Shown here one piece after another: positions 43,501 to 59,306 of a DNA stretch of 64,000 bases. Every line of letters begins with the position of its first letter. Position 1 is the stretch's first letter. Made by a program: the position numbers and the translations under genes. The notes under the pieces are model-generated. The model did not search any database. It was not told the DNA's origin and saw nothing but the letters and a program-made list of their open reading frames with translations. This DNA is from Lama guanicoe (lineage: Eukaryota). The stretch lies in the NCBI GenBank assembly GCA_013239625.1, contig MU056134.1, positions 2,492,477-2,556,476 on the forward strand. Reading direction: 5' to 3'.

Positions 43501-46500
43501 AAGCGTTTAGGAGAAGCTCTGATGAAAGATTTCAATACAATTTGTAGAATTGCTGACTAAAATTGAGTCATTTGGATTCCCTGTGAATTTTATTTACTTG
43601 TACTATTCCTGTCCACCACAGCAGCAGGTAACAGAGTTGTCTGCAGAGAGACAAAATTATTCCTATAGTTAATGTTTTCCTTTCCAGAGCATTTTCACGC
43701 AGTGGTTCGTATTTTCTTTCTTCATTTCATTTGTACCAAGACCACATTATTTCTTCGGTGATTGGTGTATTGAGATTCCTGGCATATACAGTGATGCCAC
43801 AATGATCTGATGGTTTATCAGTTTTTCAGAAAATTGAAAGTTCCCTGCGAAATACCAGTATCTGTCATATTTCAACTAGGTTTGTTGGCAATACGATTTC
43901 CTCATGTTTACATCGAAGCGACTGAACACAATTTAAGCCTTTCTGCATGCTCAAGGTTATCTGTACCATGCTTCCTCCTGAGATATGTATGGCTATTACA
44001 AAAACCCGGGCAAGTACGCTGTCAGTCTGAGAACCTCTGGTTAAGTGAAACGTTACAGTTGTAGTAAAACTCGGGTAGTGCTAGTGTTTTCGTTTGCCCT
44101 AAGGCTGTTATTCTTGTATAAGTTTTCTGCCTCCTCCTCCAGTCTGTCACCATCTTTCTTGCCATTGTCAGAAAACCTGCCTCTTATCAGTTCTGTTTCT
44201 GGACTGTTGTGGGCTGAGAAACTAAATAACCACACCAGGTAGAACTGTGGCTAAAATAAGATCAAGTGGGCCTGCCAGAGAATACAGGGAATTCACCTAT
44301 GAATGTAAGTGCGTGAGTCTTGGTGCAGAAATAGCCTCACTGCTCGAGGCCTTTTTCTTCCTTCCTTCGTAATTTTCAATCACGTGGATAAATTGCTGGT
44401 TTAATTGTGTTTCAAGGAAGAGATTGTTTGGGACATGAGACTGTCTTGAATAGAACTGGTCCAGAGAGCTTTTTCCATGAGAACTACTGCAGACTGATTT
44501 CCCATCAAGTTGGGACAAAGGGCAGAATGAAGAGGTTAACATAAGAAATACTGATTTTTAAAAATATATGAAGGTGGAGGATATAGCTCAGTGGTACAGT
44601 GTGTGCTTTGTATGCATAAGGTCCTGAGTTCAATCCCCAGTACCTCCATTAAATAAATAAATAAAATATATGATAAGCCTGTTTAGTTTAGGATAGTAAT
44701 TACTTGTTCTATTAACTAACCAAAGACCAGTTAAACAAAAGCACTTAGACGAGAAAAGTCTTTGGGAAGTAACCTCAACAGGTACTCTGGTTTCCATGTC
44801 CTCATGAACATTATGAAACTGTCTATCTAGAAAGCTCCCTTCTGATAATTCCTTTTTTATTATTTTCTATAAATTCTAATCTTTGGGCTTTTTGTGGTAT
44901 TGAGACACAGTGGTTAGGTTCCAAGGTTCTGGGGGAACTTTTCATGTGCTCATTCGCTTTGCTTCCTGGAGACCAGAGTTTGCTGTGAGTCATGTTCCAT
45001 CTGATTTATATCGGATCCGGCTGTGGAGCTATGACTCAGCCTGGCTTCATTGCCCAGCTCATCTTCTGAGGAATGGAGGGCGAGGCCAGGACTAATATCC
45101 TGACACTTTTTTCCCATTTCCCTCTCTCACTTTCAGGATCTAAAGAGAAACTCATTACCGACAGCAGGCAAGTACGCCTTGCCACAGGCCTCTTCCCTGT
45201 CATCAGCCTCCTGAACCATTCCTGCAGCCCCAACACCAGCGTGTCCTTCATTAGCACCAGCGCCACCGTTCGGGCATCACAGCAGATCAGAAAAGGGCAG
45301 GAGATTCTCCACTGCTATGGTGAGCCACCCATCCTCACTCCTGTCCGCCCTTCTCCCCAGAAAAGGGCAGAGTGAATTAGCGTGAGCCAGCCACAGGGTA
45401 GGTGCCTTCACCTGCGCAGTGTTTGTTTCCTGGTGGAGGCAGTGCCTACTCAGGGGCAGGAAAAAAAAAAAACGCCTTCTTACTAAGCCTTCTTGTGTCT
45501 AAACTACCCTGTATCTCACTGCTTAATCCCCATAAATGTCCTATTCTGAAAATGGGCTAGGAACAACATCTTGGCTTCTTTTTCTTCCTGTCCCCACAAG
45601 TTGTAAGCCAGTTTCTACTTCCAGTTCCACAAATGTTTGAGTGACAGGTACCTGTCACATGATGAATATTTAGCCAGACCCTCCTCTAATCTGAAGTCTG
45701 TTAAGTAGCTCAGTGCTCTCTCACTTTAAATATTGGCCAAGCGTGGTCTCTCTACAGGGCCTCATGAAAGCAGGATGGGTGTTGCTGAGAGGCACCAGAA
45801 GCTGAAGTCTCAGTATTTCTTTGACTGCAACTGCTCGCCTTGTGAACGTGAGAAGCAGAGCTCCCCAAAGGGGCCCGGGAGGGAAGCCTTCTGTTGTCAC
45901 GCTTGCGGAGCGCTCCTGCAGGTGAACCTCTCTCTCCCTTCTCTTCTCTGCTTCTCCTGGAGGTCAGTTATCCAGCCTAAAGGTCTTACATCTTTAGGAG
46001 GAAGCCATCAGGACTTGGAGATGCTGAGAATGGTGCCCTCTCTTCCCTTCTGCCCATCCTCCCCACACATTGATTACCCTCCTGCAGAAACCACGGGGAA
46101 AGTTTGGAGTTAGTGATCTTTCTCTTGCAAAGAGCAGAAAATCCCACCTGAACTGGTTTGGAGTAGGTAGAGACTGGAAATTTATTTGCTGAAGTAAATC
46201 GCTAAAAGGCCCCAGGATAGGTGTATTTGAAATACAGCATGAGCCAGAGTCTCAGATAATGTCACCAGGACCCAGTTTTTCTTTCTACCTCCCTCAGCTC
46301 CATTTTTCTATCATTTAGCCCAACCTCAGACAGACTTTCCTCTTATGCTGGCCAGATGGGTGCCAGCTCCAGTCTCAAATCCTCCCAGTCCAGGAGGACA
46401 AAAACACGCACTGCTCTGACAGAGGTCTGAGCAAAAACTTTACTGCGTTTCATCAACCCGATACCAGTGGCTGGAGGAAAATCAGACTCACCAAGTTTCC

Positions 46501-49500
46501 CTCCAGCCATTTGGGCCAAAGGAACAGGCGATCTGAGCCACGTGCTCCCCCCTCAGCGCCTGGGCAGTAACTCAGGAGGGTGGGAAAGGGTCCTTGGGAG
46601 AAAGCAGGTTGCTGAGGTTGCTGTTGCGTAATGAGGCCACAGATACTGGCCTCTGCAAAACAGCAGGTGTCTTAGGGGAGCCATAAGTGGAACATAAAGC
46701 CGGTTGTGTTGGAAAGCTGTAGTTGCAGATCCAAGGTCAAATGGGATGCCTCACCCAGCACCTTTTCCTATCAGTTTTCTTACAGCTTTTTCATAACCAC
46801 TAGAAATGTGTCTGTCATCCAAAGTCCTGGCCCCAAAGAGAAATAAGACAGGGGTTATCGAGATAGAAATTGTGATCTGTACCAGTTAAATTTGAGTTGC
46901 AAAAATTAAACCTCAGGGTGGGATCGGCTCCTGCTTTCATTAGAATTGCTGCCCTCAAACCAAATTCAGTCTGCTGTTGGTCACGGTGTGTTATTGCAGG
47001 AGTCTCCTTCCCCTATAGGGTCAGAAGCTCTGGAGCAATCCTATAGTATAAGCACATGCAGTGTTGCTAGAAGACTCTGCTACAGGAATAAAGACAAAAC
47101 TGACTTCCGCAGGGAGGTGATGTTCTGAGCTGTGGCACCGCATCTTGTACAGAATCAGTCAGCAGGGATCACCTGGTCTCTCGGCTGCAGAACCTTCAGC
47201 AGCAAGTGGGGATGGCCCAGAAGCTTCTCAGAAATGGTAAACTAGGTGAGACTGGCTCCCTACTTGTCCTCCAGCCCCTTCCCTTTTATTCATTCTGAGA
47301 TCACATCCTGAACTCAAGGATACTCAGTGATGATTAAAGAATTGAATTGAATTATCCCCATGCCAGCCACAAGATGGCTATGTAGGCCATAGAGACCAAA
47401 CTCTTGCCAGCTCAGTTTGCGTGATGTCCTTGAAAAAGGGCCAGTTGATTTAAGCTGTTGTTCTCTTAGGCACCAGAGAGTTAGTTAAAGACTAACGGGT
47501 TATCTCTGACATCCACGATCTTTGTGTGTATCCAGAAGTTCAGTGTCATTTATTTTAATTCCAGGGACTCATGACCTGATTTCCTACAGAGACTGTTCTC
47601 CCCTCATCAGAGCCTCATCTTTCTTCTAAAGAGCAGTGGGGCATGTGCCCAGTGGGTATAAGTATCCTGCTTTTTCCAGAAACGGAGTTACAGAATCCCT
47701 CATTACCCTGGAAAACTCTACCCTAGAGCTTGACGTTGTGGAAATTTATTTACCCTACTTTGTGAAAGTTGACCTTTAGCTTAAATTTCTGAGTCAGGAG
47801 AAATAATGACCATAAATGGTATGTAGTCATTCCACTTCAAATTGAAATTGGAAACCCGGAGTCAATGTGGAGAGGCCTCACCCAGCACCTTTTTCTATGG
47901 AAAGAGAAAACGTAAGAGAAACTGCTCTATTGAAACAAACATTGTGGGTTGGTCACAACCCAAGAAGACAAAATGGGGTCTGCACATTCAGCTTAGCCCA
48001 TAGAGAACTTAAGAGCTGGGTTTTCATTTCTAGGACTGGGTTTGTGTCCGTAATGAGGCCACTTTCCTTTGAATTGACAGAGCAAGCCATTCAGCTGTTG
48101 TTGAGAGGCCAGCACGATGCTGAGAGCTTCCTGTCCGCAGAGCACAGCATGGTGGGAGAAATTGAGGACCACCTGGCCCGGGCCTATGCTGCCTTAGGTA
48201 TGACGTGTCTCTCTCTCCTCCCCCACAGAGCGAGCCTGCTTTGTGTGTTAGGTCACAACCTTAGCCTTGTCTGGTTAGTCCTCTCTTAGTCATGGAGCTG
48301 AGGCTGCCCTCACTCCCATTCAGCTGGAAATGTTCACCCACAGTTGACTGTGGTTCTTTTCTGGAACCAGATTTTCCTTTCTTTGCAGGGGACTGGGAGA
48401 AGTCAGCTGCCCATCTACAGAAGAGTCTCCGAGTAGTTGAGGCTTGCCACGGGCCATCCAGTATTGAGATGGGCCACGAGCTCTTCAAACTGGCCCAGAT
48501 CTTTTTCAATGGGTAAGTCTTTCTCTTGCTTCCTAGCCCTTCGCCAGGCCACGTACTGTTCTTTTATTAGGCTCTTCTTTGTATTCCTTTTTTCCTATGG
48601 TGCTTTTAAGTGTGTTAAAACATCTTTATATCCTCTTAAGGAGAGATCCCTTCTTTCTGTTTGGCTGACCAACTTAAAGCTTTAGAATTTCATCCTGAGA
48701 AATAGGGGGAAGCTCTTGGCTCTGAAGGGAGTTCCCCAGGGAGAACTTGCCCCGCCACCCCCCACCCGCCATGGTAGCGGTTCCTCTCAGTCCTCCGCGG
48801 ATACTCACGCCTCCCTCCCTCAGCGCTCATTCTCAGCATCCTCAACTCCAAGGCCTCTTCCTTCTTCCTGGTCCTATTCCTTTTAAAGCAGTTGTAATCA
48901 ACTAGGAGTCATTTTGCCCTCCAGAGGACATCTGGCAATGTCTAGAGACATTTTTGATTGTCATGACTTAGCATGGCGGCCAGAGATGCTGTTAAACAAT
49001 GCACGAGACAGCCCCCCCGCAGATGAGAATTATCCAGACCCCATGTTAATAGTGTCAAGGTTGAGAAACCCTGCTTTAAAAAAGTTAAAAAGAAAGAATA
49101 GTAGAGTTGATGAGTTGGTGCCTCATCTGCTTTTGTAACTGGGATCATTAGGAGGCCCTAACTTCAGTATTTCTAGATGGAATATGTCTAGCCTTGATAA
49201 AGCTGCCATTGGTGTCCACTGGTGTAGGTAGAGCATTTAAAGCTCGGTCCTAAGATTATGAGTGGTGGGTGGACTGATACCCGAGACAGACGCAGTCCAC
49301 TCGGTCAGGGAGAGAGAAAAGGCCTGCAGAGTTAGGTCACAGGTAGGCCTACTCTCTAAGATGAAGACTTCTGAGGGAACCTTGGAGTAAATGTCAGATT
49401 AGTGCTTTGAGATATGTCTGTTTTTCAGGATTCTGGAAGCTTAATACTTTCTATTTTTTTCCATAACTTTTACCTCAGACTCTGCCTTGCAGTGTGTTTG

Positions 49501-49798
49501 TGTCTTATCTACCCTTCTAGACTGTAAGATCCTTGAAGACAAAAGCAATCTACTTTACATTCTTCACAGGATATGAGTAGGCCCTCAGTTAATGTCTGCC
49601 TGACTGAATGAGTGGATTCATTCCTCTTACCTCCTTTGGTTCAGGTTTGCAATCCCCGAAGCTCTGAACACAATACAAAAGGCAGAGGAGGTTCTCTTAG
49701 TGCACTACGGCCCTTGGAATGATGAGGTCCAGGAGCTGCAAAAGATGAAATCCTGCTTATTGGACTTGCCATCCATTCCTGTGGGGCCCAATGAATAA
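20234..49798 (+). CDS. SMYD4: SMYD4, SET and MYND domain-containing lysine methyltransferase, 801 aa, 10 coding exons
   Basis: Exons 20234-20367, 30765-30909, 34333-34422, 35686-36847, 45137-45319, 45758-45921, 47113-47245, 48081-48197, 48389-48512 and 49645-49798 sum to 2406 nt in one open frame. N-terminal TPR-like region, split SET (GRYLVATKDI...NHSC...EILHCYG), MYND finger (CHRC..CDGC..YCSQEC..H..C), post-SET CxCxxC, C-terminal TPR-like region. Confidence 0.97.
21424..22017 (+). mobile_element. MaLR LTR (MLT1E/F-like)
   Basis: tgtggtaggcagaattctaaagatgacc... to ...gtagaaaactaac. Confidence 0.75.
22061..22438. mobile_element. MER58-like hAT MITE
   Basis: TIRs caggtgtcagcaaac / gtttgctgatccctg; perfect 8-bp TSD ttttaaag. 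Confidence 0.8.
23061..23206 (+). mobile_element. Very short young L1 3' end, same family as 8411-8781
   Basis: Aligns with the reverse complement of 8420-8520; A-rich tail; 13-bp TSD gaaaaataatgtt at 23048-23060 and 23207-23219. Confidence 0.8.
23430..24950 (+). mobile_element. L2 interrupted by an old L1 5' fragment (~23815-24470)
   Basis: L2 motifs (ctccagccctcacttctcctctgaatccag; taaactgtaagctccatgagggcaaggacc; ctcaacaaatattgaatga). Confidence 0.65.
25170..27620 (-). mobile_element. Old L1 (ORF2 3' part and 3' UTR), antisense
   Basis: T-rich decayed L1 sequence (e.g. ttgattgggattgtgttggatttatagatt, gacatctttacgatatt). Confidence 0.7.
25545..25583. repeat. Poly(T) tract
   Basis: ~38 T interrupted by one A. 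Confidence 0.85.
28140..29330 (+). mobile_element. L1MB-like 3' fragment spanning the assembly gap
   Basis: ORF2 C-terminal sequence and 3' UTR ending ttttaccacaataaaaaa. Confidence 0.8.
29007..29202. other. Assembly gap (196 N)
   Basis: Run of n characters. Confidence 1.
30765..30909 (+). CDS. SMYD4: SMYD4 coding exon 2 (PEDEIFLKR...VLYSK)
   Basis: Polypyrimidine tract plus aag acceptor; donor aag|gtaaga; 145 nt. Confidence 0.93.
32060..33960 (-). mobile_element. Old L1 3' fragments, antisense
   Basis: Repeated ggataaattcctagaa...ttgctg motif and other L1M 3' UTR hallmarks. Confidence 0.65.
34333..34422 (+). CDS. SMYD4: SMYD4 coding exon 3 (GVSHSRP...ANRSAALFHLGQYE)
   Basis: TPR-like ANRSAALF motif; ctgcag / gtgagt; 90 nt. 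Confidence 0.95.
35190..35440 (-). mobile_element. MIR
   Basis: attattatccctgtttttcagatgagaaaactaagacac...cacttgcataaggttatacagctagtaag core. Confidence 0.7.
35686..36847 (+). CDS. SMYD4: SMYD4 large coding exon 4 (SET-N, MYND finger, I-SET)
   Basis: Corresponds to ORF 35716..36894; tttcag / g|gtaaga; 1162 nt. Confidence 0.97.
36985..37150 (+). mobile_element. MIR
   Basis: gctatgtgacctt...ctgtgcctcagttttctcatctgtaaaatggg core. Confidence 0.7.
38880..40820 (+). mobile_element. Decayed L1/HAL1 ORF2-like fragments
   Basis: A-rich sequence with L1 RT-region motifs (gaccagtctcacttgtgaatataaatgtagaaaccc, gaccaagtaggatttcttccagaaatgcag). Confidence 0.6.
39437..39772. mobile_element. MER58-like hAT MITE
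   Basis: aactttttctgcaaagggccagatagtaaatatt... and terminal ...cagtttacagactcctg. Confidence 0.7.
40840..40963 (+). mobile_element. tRNA-Ala-derived SINE (Vic-1-like)
   Basis: Perfect 17-bp TSD aaagatagctagattta at 40823-40839 and 40964-40980. Confidence 0.9.
41220..41615 (+). mobile_element. MaLR LTR fragment (MLT1G/H-like)
   Basis: ccatcaagtggtggaatgtttcccctgcccttgaatgtgggc...gaagtgacatcatgtgac. Confidence 0.55.
44572..44662 (+). mobile_element. tRNA-derived SINE, short form (tRNA head plus (TAAA)n tail)
   Basis: 11-bp TSD aaaatatatga at 44561-44571 and 44663-44673. Confidence 0.8.
45137..45319 (+). CDS. SMYD4: SMYD4 coding exon 5 (SET core NHSCSPN...EILHCY)
   Basis: tttcag / gtgagc; 183 nt. 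Confidence 0.96.
45758..45921 (+). CDS. SMYD4: SMYD4 coding exon 6 (post-SET YFFDCNCSPC)
   Basis: ctacag / gtgaac; 164 nt. Confidence 0.95.
47113..47245 (+). CDS. SMYD4: SMYD4 coding exon 7 (GGDVLSCG...LLRNGKL)
   Basis: ccgcag / gtgaga; 133 nt. Confidence 0.93.
48081..48197 (+). CDS. SMYD4: SMYD4 coding exon 8 (QAIQLL...ARAYAAL)
   Basis: tgacag / gtatga; 117 nt. Confidence 0.93.
48389..48512 (+). CDS. SMYD4: SMYD4 coding exon 9 (DWEKSAAHL...LAQIFFN)
   Basis: ttgcag / gtaagt; 124 nt. Confidence 0.95.
48889..49073 (+). mobile_element. MER20 hAT MITE
   Basis: ttttgccctccagaggacatctggcaatgtctagagacatttttgattgtca...gtcaaggttgagaaaccctg; TSD-like ttttaaag / ctttaaaa. Confidence 0.8.
49645..49798 (+). 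CDS. SMYD4: SMYD4 last coding exon (FAIPEAL...PSIPVGPNE*)
   Basis: gttcag acceptor; TAA stop at 49796-49798. Confidence 0.93.
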
Positions 49799-50498
49799 GG
49801 TCCCAAGGGGACTTTGACCCACAGGAAAGGCACCAGTGTGGGATGAGTTAGAGGTTTTGTTGCTGCTGAGCTGTCGCCAGGAAATACAGGACTGGCCTGA
49901 CAGCCACAGGCCGAACGTATAAGGGGAGCGGAGGACTTGGAAGGCATTGCAGTTGGAAAGATGCTCACCTGTTCTGATGAATGTTTCTTGAAATAGTTAA
50001 CTACCCTTCAGTAAAAACTCCCAGTTTCCAGAAAAGACTTAAAACTGGTATCTGGAGAGCCTAAGCCCTTTAAAAGGATTTTAGCTGCTCTGCAGGCATC
50101 TGGATGTTAGCCTGGGGTTTTGGCCAGACGCCACCCTACTAAATGATGATAGTCTGTTTCCCTGGAACATTCCTATGGTTTCTACTAGTAATGAAATGTT
50201 TTGTACCACTCCAGTGGGAACCTAAACTCCTAGTAGTTGTATTGTAATTGAAAAATAATTACAAAGCAAGAAATCAGCGAGGCTCCTTACCTCTGGGACA
50301 CAGTTTCATCTATGGTATCAAGCTTCCTCGAATCCTTTGTTAAAACCGGTGGAGTATAAATTGTGAACAGAGAGATAAATATGGGGCTGTTTTATTGTTG
50401 GGCAATTTCTTCCTCGGATGGCAGCTTGTCATTTGTCTTCTACCAGTTTTTCCAGTCGTTATTATCTGGCTTTCATTCTATACCCTTGGCCAAACACT

Positions 50499-50504
50499 AA
50501 TAAA
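50499..50504 (+). terminator. Probable SMYD4 polyadenylation signal (AATAAA)
   Basis: AATAAA ~700 nt after the stop codon, followed by T/GT-rich ttctgagttttgtttatt. Confidence 0.65.
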
Positions 50505-51735
50505 ATCAAGCTTGTAACAATGACGTTATAACACATCCTTTCTGAGTTTTGTTTATTAGCAGGCCTGAAAAGAGACCACTTTCCCCCACCAGACCTCCCC
50601 AAGCAGGCAAATGAAAGTACAGATTGCTTAAGTACTAAGAAGGGGGGGGGGAAGCAACTTCAGAAGATGCTGAGGGTATGAGCATTGCTGCTTGTGGTTT
50701 CAAACTTAAGAGACAGAAGGTAGGAATGATAGCTGTCATCTGCCTGGATGTTTAGGGTTAGGGTTAGTCCGTCCTGGTCAGAAGGCTGGGAGACGCTCTG
50801 GGTCTGAACCCTGGTTGCTCTGTCACCGCTGCTGACCAAGTGGTTCAGATGCATTCGTGGAGAGTAGCAGGCCCACAGTGCTTTGACCACTTGCCCACCC
50901 TGGCCTTGCCCAAAAGGTGCCCAGTGGTTGCCACTGCATTATAATCAGGAACTGAATAGCCTGAAGCTGCCTGGCAAGAGCTTTACAGGAAGCTGAGTGT
51001 TTGGAACACGGTTGACACTCAAACATTTGAATGAAGGGCAGGCAGAATCTCATTCATCTTCCTTTCTACTAACTCACTGTGGCAAGGGCACTAGCCGGCG
51101 AGGTCTTTTGGTAGAACTAACTCAGATTTCAAGAAGAAAAATTTAGTCCTGCAGCCAATTCTGTAGTTCTGTTCTGAACACTTGGCATGTTTCATGTTCC
51201 TGAAAAAGGTTCTGTCGTACTTTGTAAAATAGGCCCACTTCCTTAAAAAAGAATATGTGCAGAACTTTACGTATCAGACCTCATTTTATGTCGACTTGAG
51301 AACTTTCTTTAAATGTTTTACAAAATAATTATTTCCTGAAGTTACAGATTTCCTCCCTTATCTGTCCACGTGTTATCCTGTGTTAGGTGACATCAGCTTG
51401 ACTGGGGATATCTGTGCTTGCATTAAAACCTAAAGTCTGATGTGTTAAGAGCATGCTCCACTGACTGTGAGGGCAGGAAATCCCTTGGGGGCGGGGTAGA
51501 TTAGTGGTCCTAGTATGTAAACACCCACAGAGCAAAAAAAAAAAATCAGTCCCAATATTATACAACTTAGATAACTAAGTTTTTATACGTGGTGACTTTG
51601 TGCAGAAATTAGATAGACTCAGGCTATAAGTACAGGACCAGCAAATTCCTAAAGGGTTATTTATCTTCATAGTAAACTTAGTGTAACTCAAAACAGGAGG
51701 AGAAACAGAGTAACAAAAGTTAAGGATAAAGCACT

Positions 51736-51741
51736 TTTATT
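51736..51741 (-). terminator. SERPINF1 polyadenylation signal (AATAAA)
   Basis: tttatt on the + strand ~105 nt after the stop; T/GT-rich sequence follows on the - strand. Confidence 0.8.
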
Positions 51742-51846
51742 GCAAAGTATACATTGAAACTTAGGGGCAGCCTTCATGTAATGTATAACCTGCCATCCCT
51801 CTCGAGTTTTCCTTCTTCTAGGGTATTTGAACATTAAAGTGAAGCA

Positions 51847-57996
<6,150 letters not shown>

Positions 57997-58599
57997 CCTG
58001 GGGTCTGCAAGAAAGTAAGAGGAGGCAGGCTGCTTCCCTCACCCACCACCCTGTACCGCACGGCCACCCTGGGCAGGGAGAGGGCCTTGGCAGAACTAGA
58101 CACCTTCCCTCCAGCTTCCGCAGGCTGGAAGTGGACCCTCAGCTTCCTGATCCTTCCCTCGCAGCTCCTCCCCACCCCCCACCTCACAGTCCACAGTCCT
58201 ATGGTAAGCTTGTGCTTTCATTCCAGTGTCAGTATCAGGAGACCCACCTTCGAGCCTAAACCTCCAGGGCAGTGAAGGCCCAGCGGTGGGTTTCTTTTTG
58301 TGGACATAGTCCAGCACAAAGGTACACTGAGGCTTTTCCCTGCAGGCACCTGACCAGCTCATTTATACAGGATTTCGGGCAATGTCTAGTCACAGCATGG
58401 GGGCGGAACCTAGGTCTCATGTAGAATCACAGAATCTCGAGAGTGGAGGCATCGGGTACAGCCCCTGCTGCCCCCCCCCAAGAAGTCCTCAGACTCTCCT
58501 TGGATTCCTCTGGCCTGGCACCTGTGGCCTCATAATGGACTTGTTCCCTTCTTGGACAGTTTTGTGTCAAAAGCTTTTACTTTCGTGGTTAGAGGAGTG

Positions 58600-58790
58600 C
58601 TGGGTTGCTGGGTGTAGAGTCAGAGAGTCTGGGTTCAAATCTCAATTCTGTGTCTTAATAGCTCTCTAAATCACAATGTATTCTCTTATAAAATGGAAAT
58701 CAAACAGGTCTTACCTATTGTGATGAGGATTAAATTAGATGATGTCTTAATAGCACTTAGCAGTGCCAGGGACATGGGAGCTCTCCAATG
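58600..58790 (+). mobile_element. MIR
   Basis: agtcagagagtctgggttcaaatc...ataaaatggaaat...gtgatgaggattaaattaga...agcacttagcagtgcc. Confidence 0.65.
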
Positions 58791-59287
58791 ATCCCTGAGC
58801 CAAAATGTGTCTCCCTACTCCTGGAATCCCAGGGCCCCCCCTTTTCCCCTGGGGAGCCAGGTCCTCTTCTCCCGACCAGGTTGGAAATAGCTTTGACACC
58901 CCTAAGAATTCTTTCCTTCAGGTTAAATAATCCCACTTCTTAGCAAGAGTGCCCAACTCCCTTCACTTAACCAAGCAGTGGCCTCTTCTGACCAGACTTT
59001 GGTCTGACCCCTGGGCCACAAGGGAAAAAGGAACTCTGGGTCCAGGGCTCCACCATCCCTTCCCCCTGCATTCACTGCATCTAAAAGCTCACCCCTGGCA
59101 TCAGGATGTGGGGCTGGGAGGGGATGAGGGCAGCTGGGGGCCTCATAGATAAGATTTTCTGAGAGGCCTAAAAAGTGGGCATGTTCTCAGCACTCAGGAC
59201 CTCTGGCTGGTCCATGCTTTTCCTCCACCCATATTGCTGAGTCAAGAATTTGTAATCTGTCTTCCCTGCCCCTCACCTCCTCTGCAA

Positions 59288-59306
59288 CACACACACACAC
59301 ACACAC
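59288..59306. repeat. (CA)n microsatellite
   Basis: About nine perfect CA units. Confidence 0.85.
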
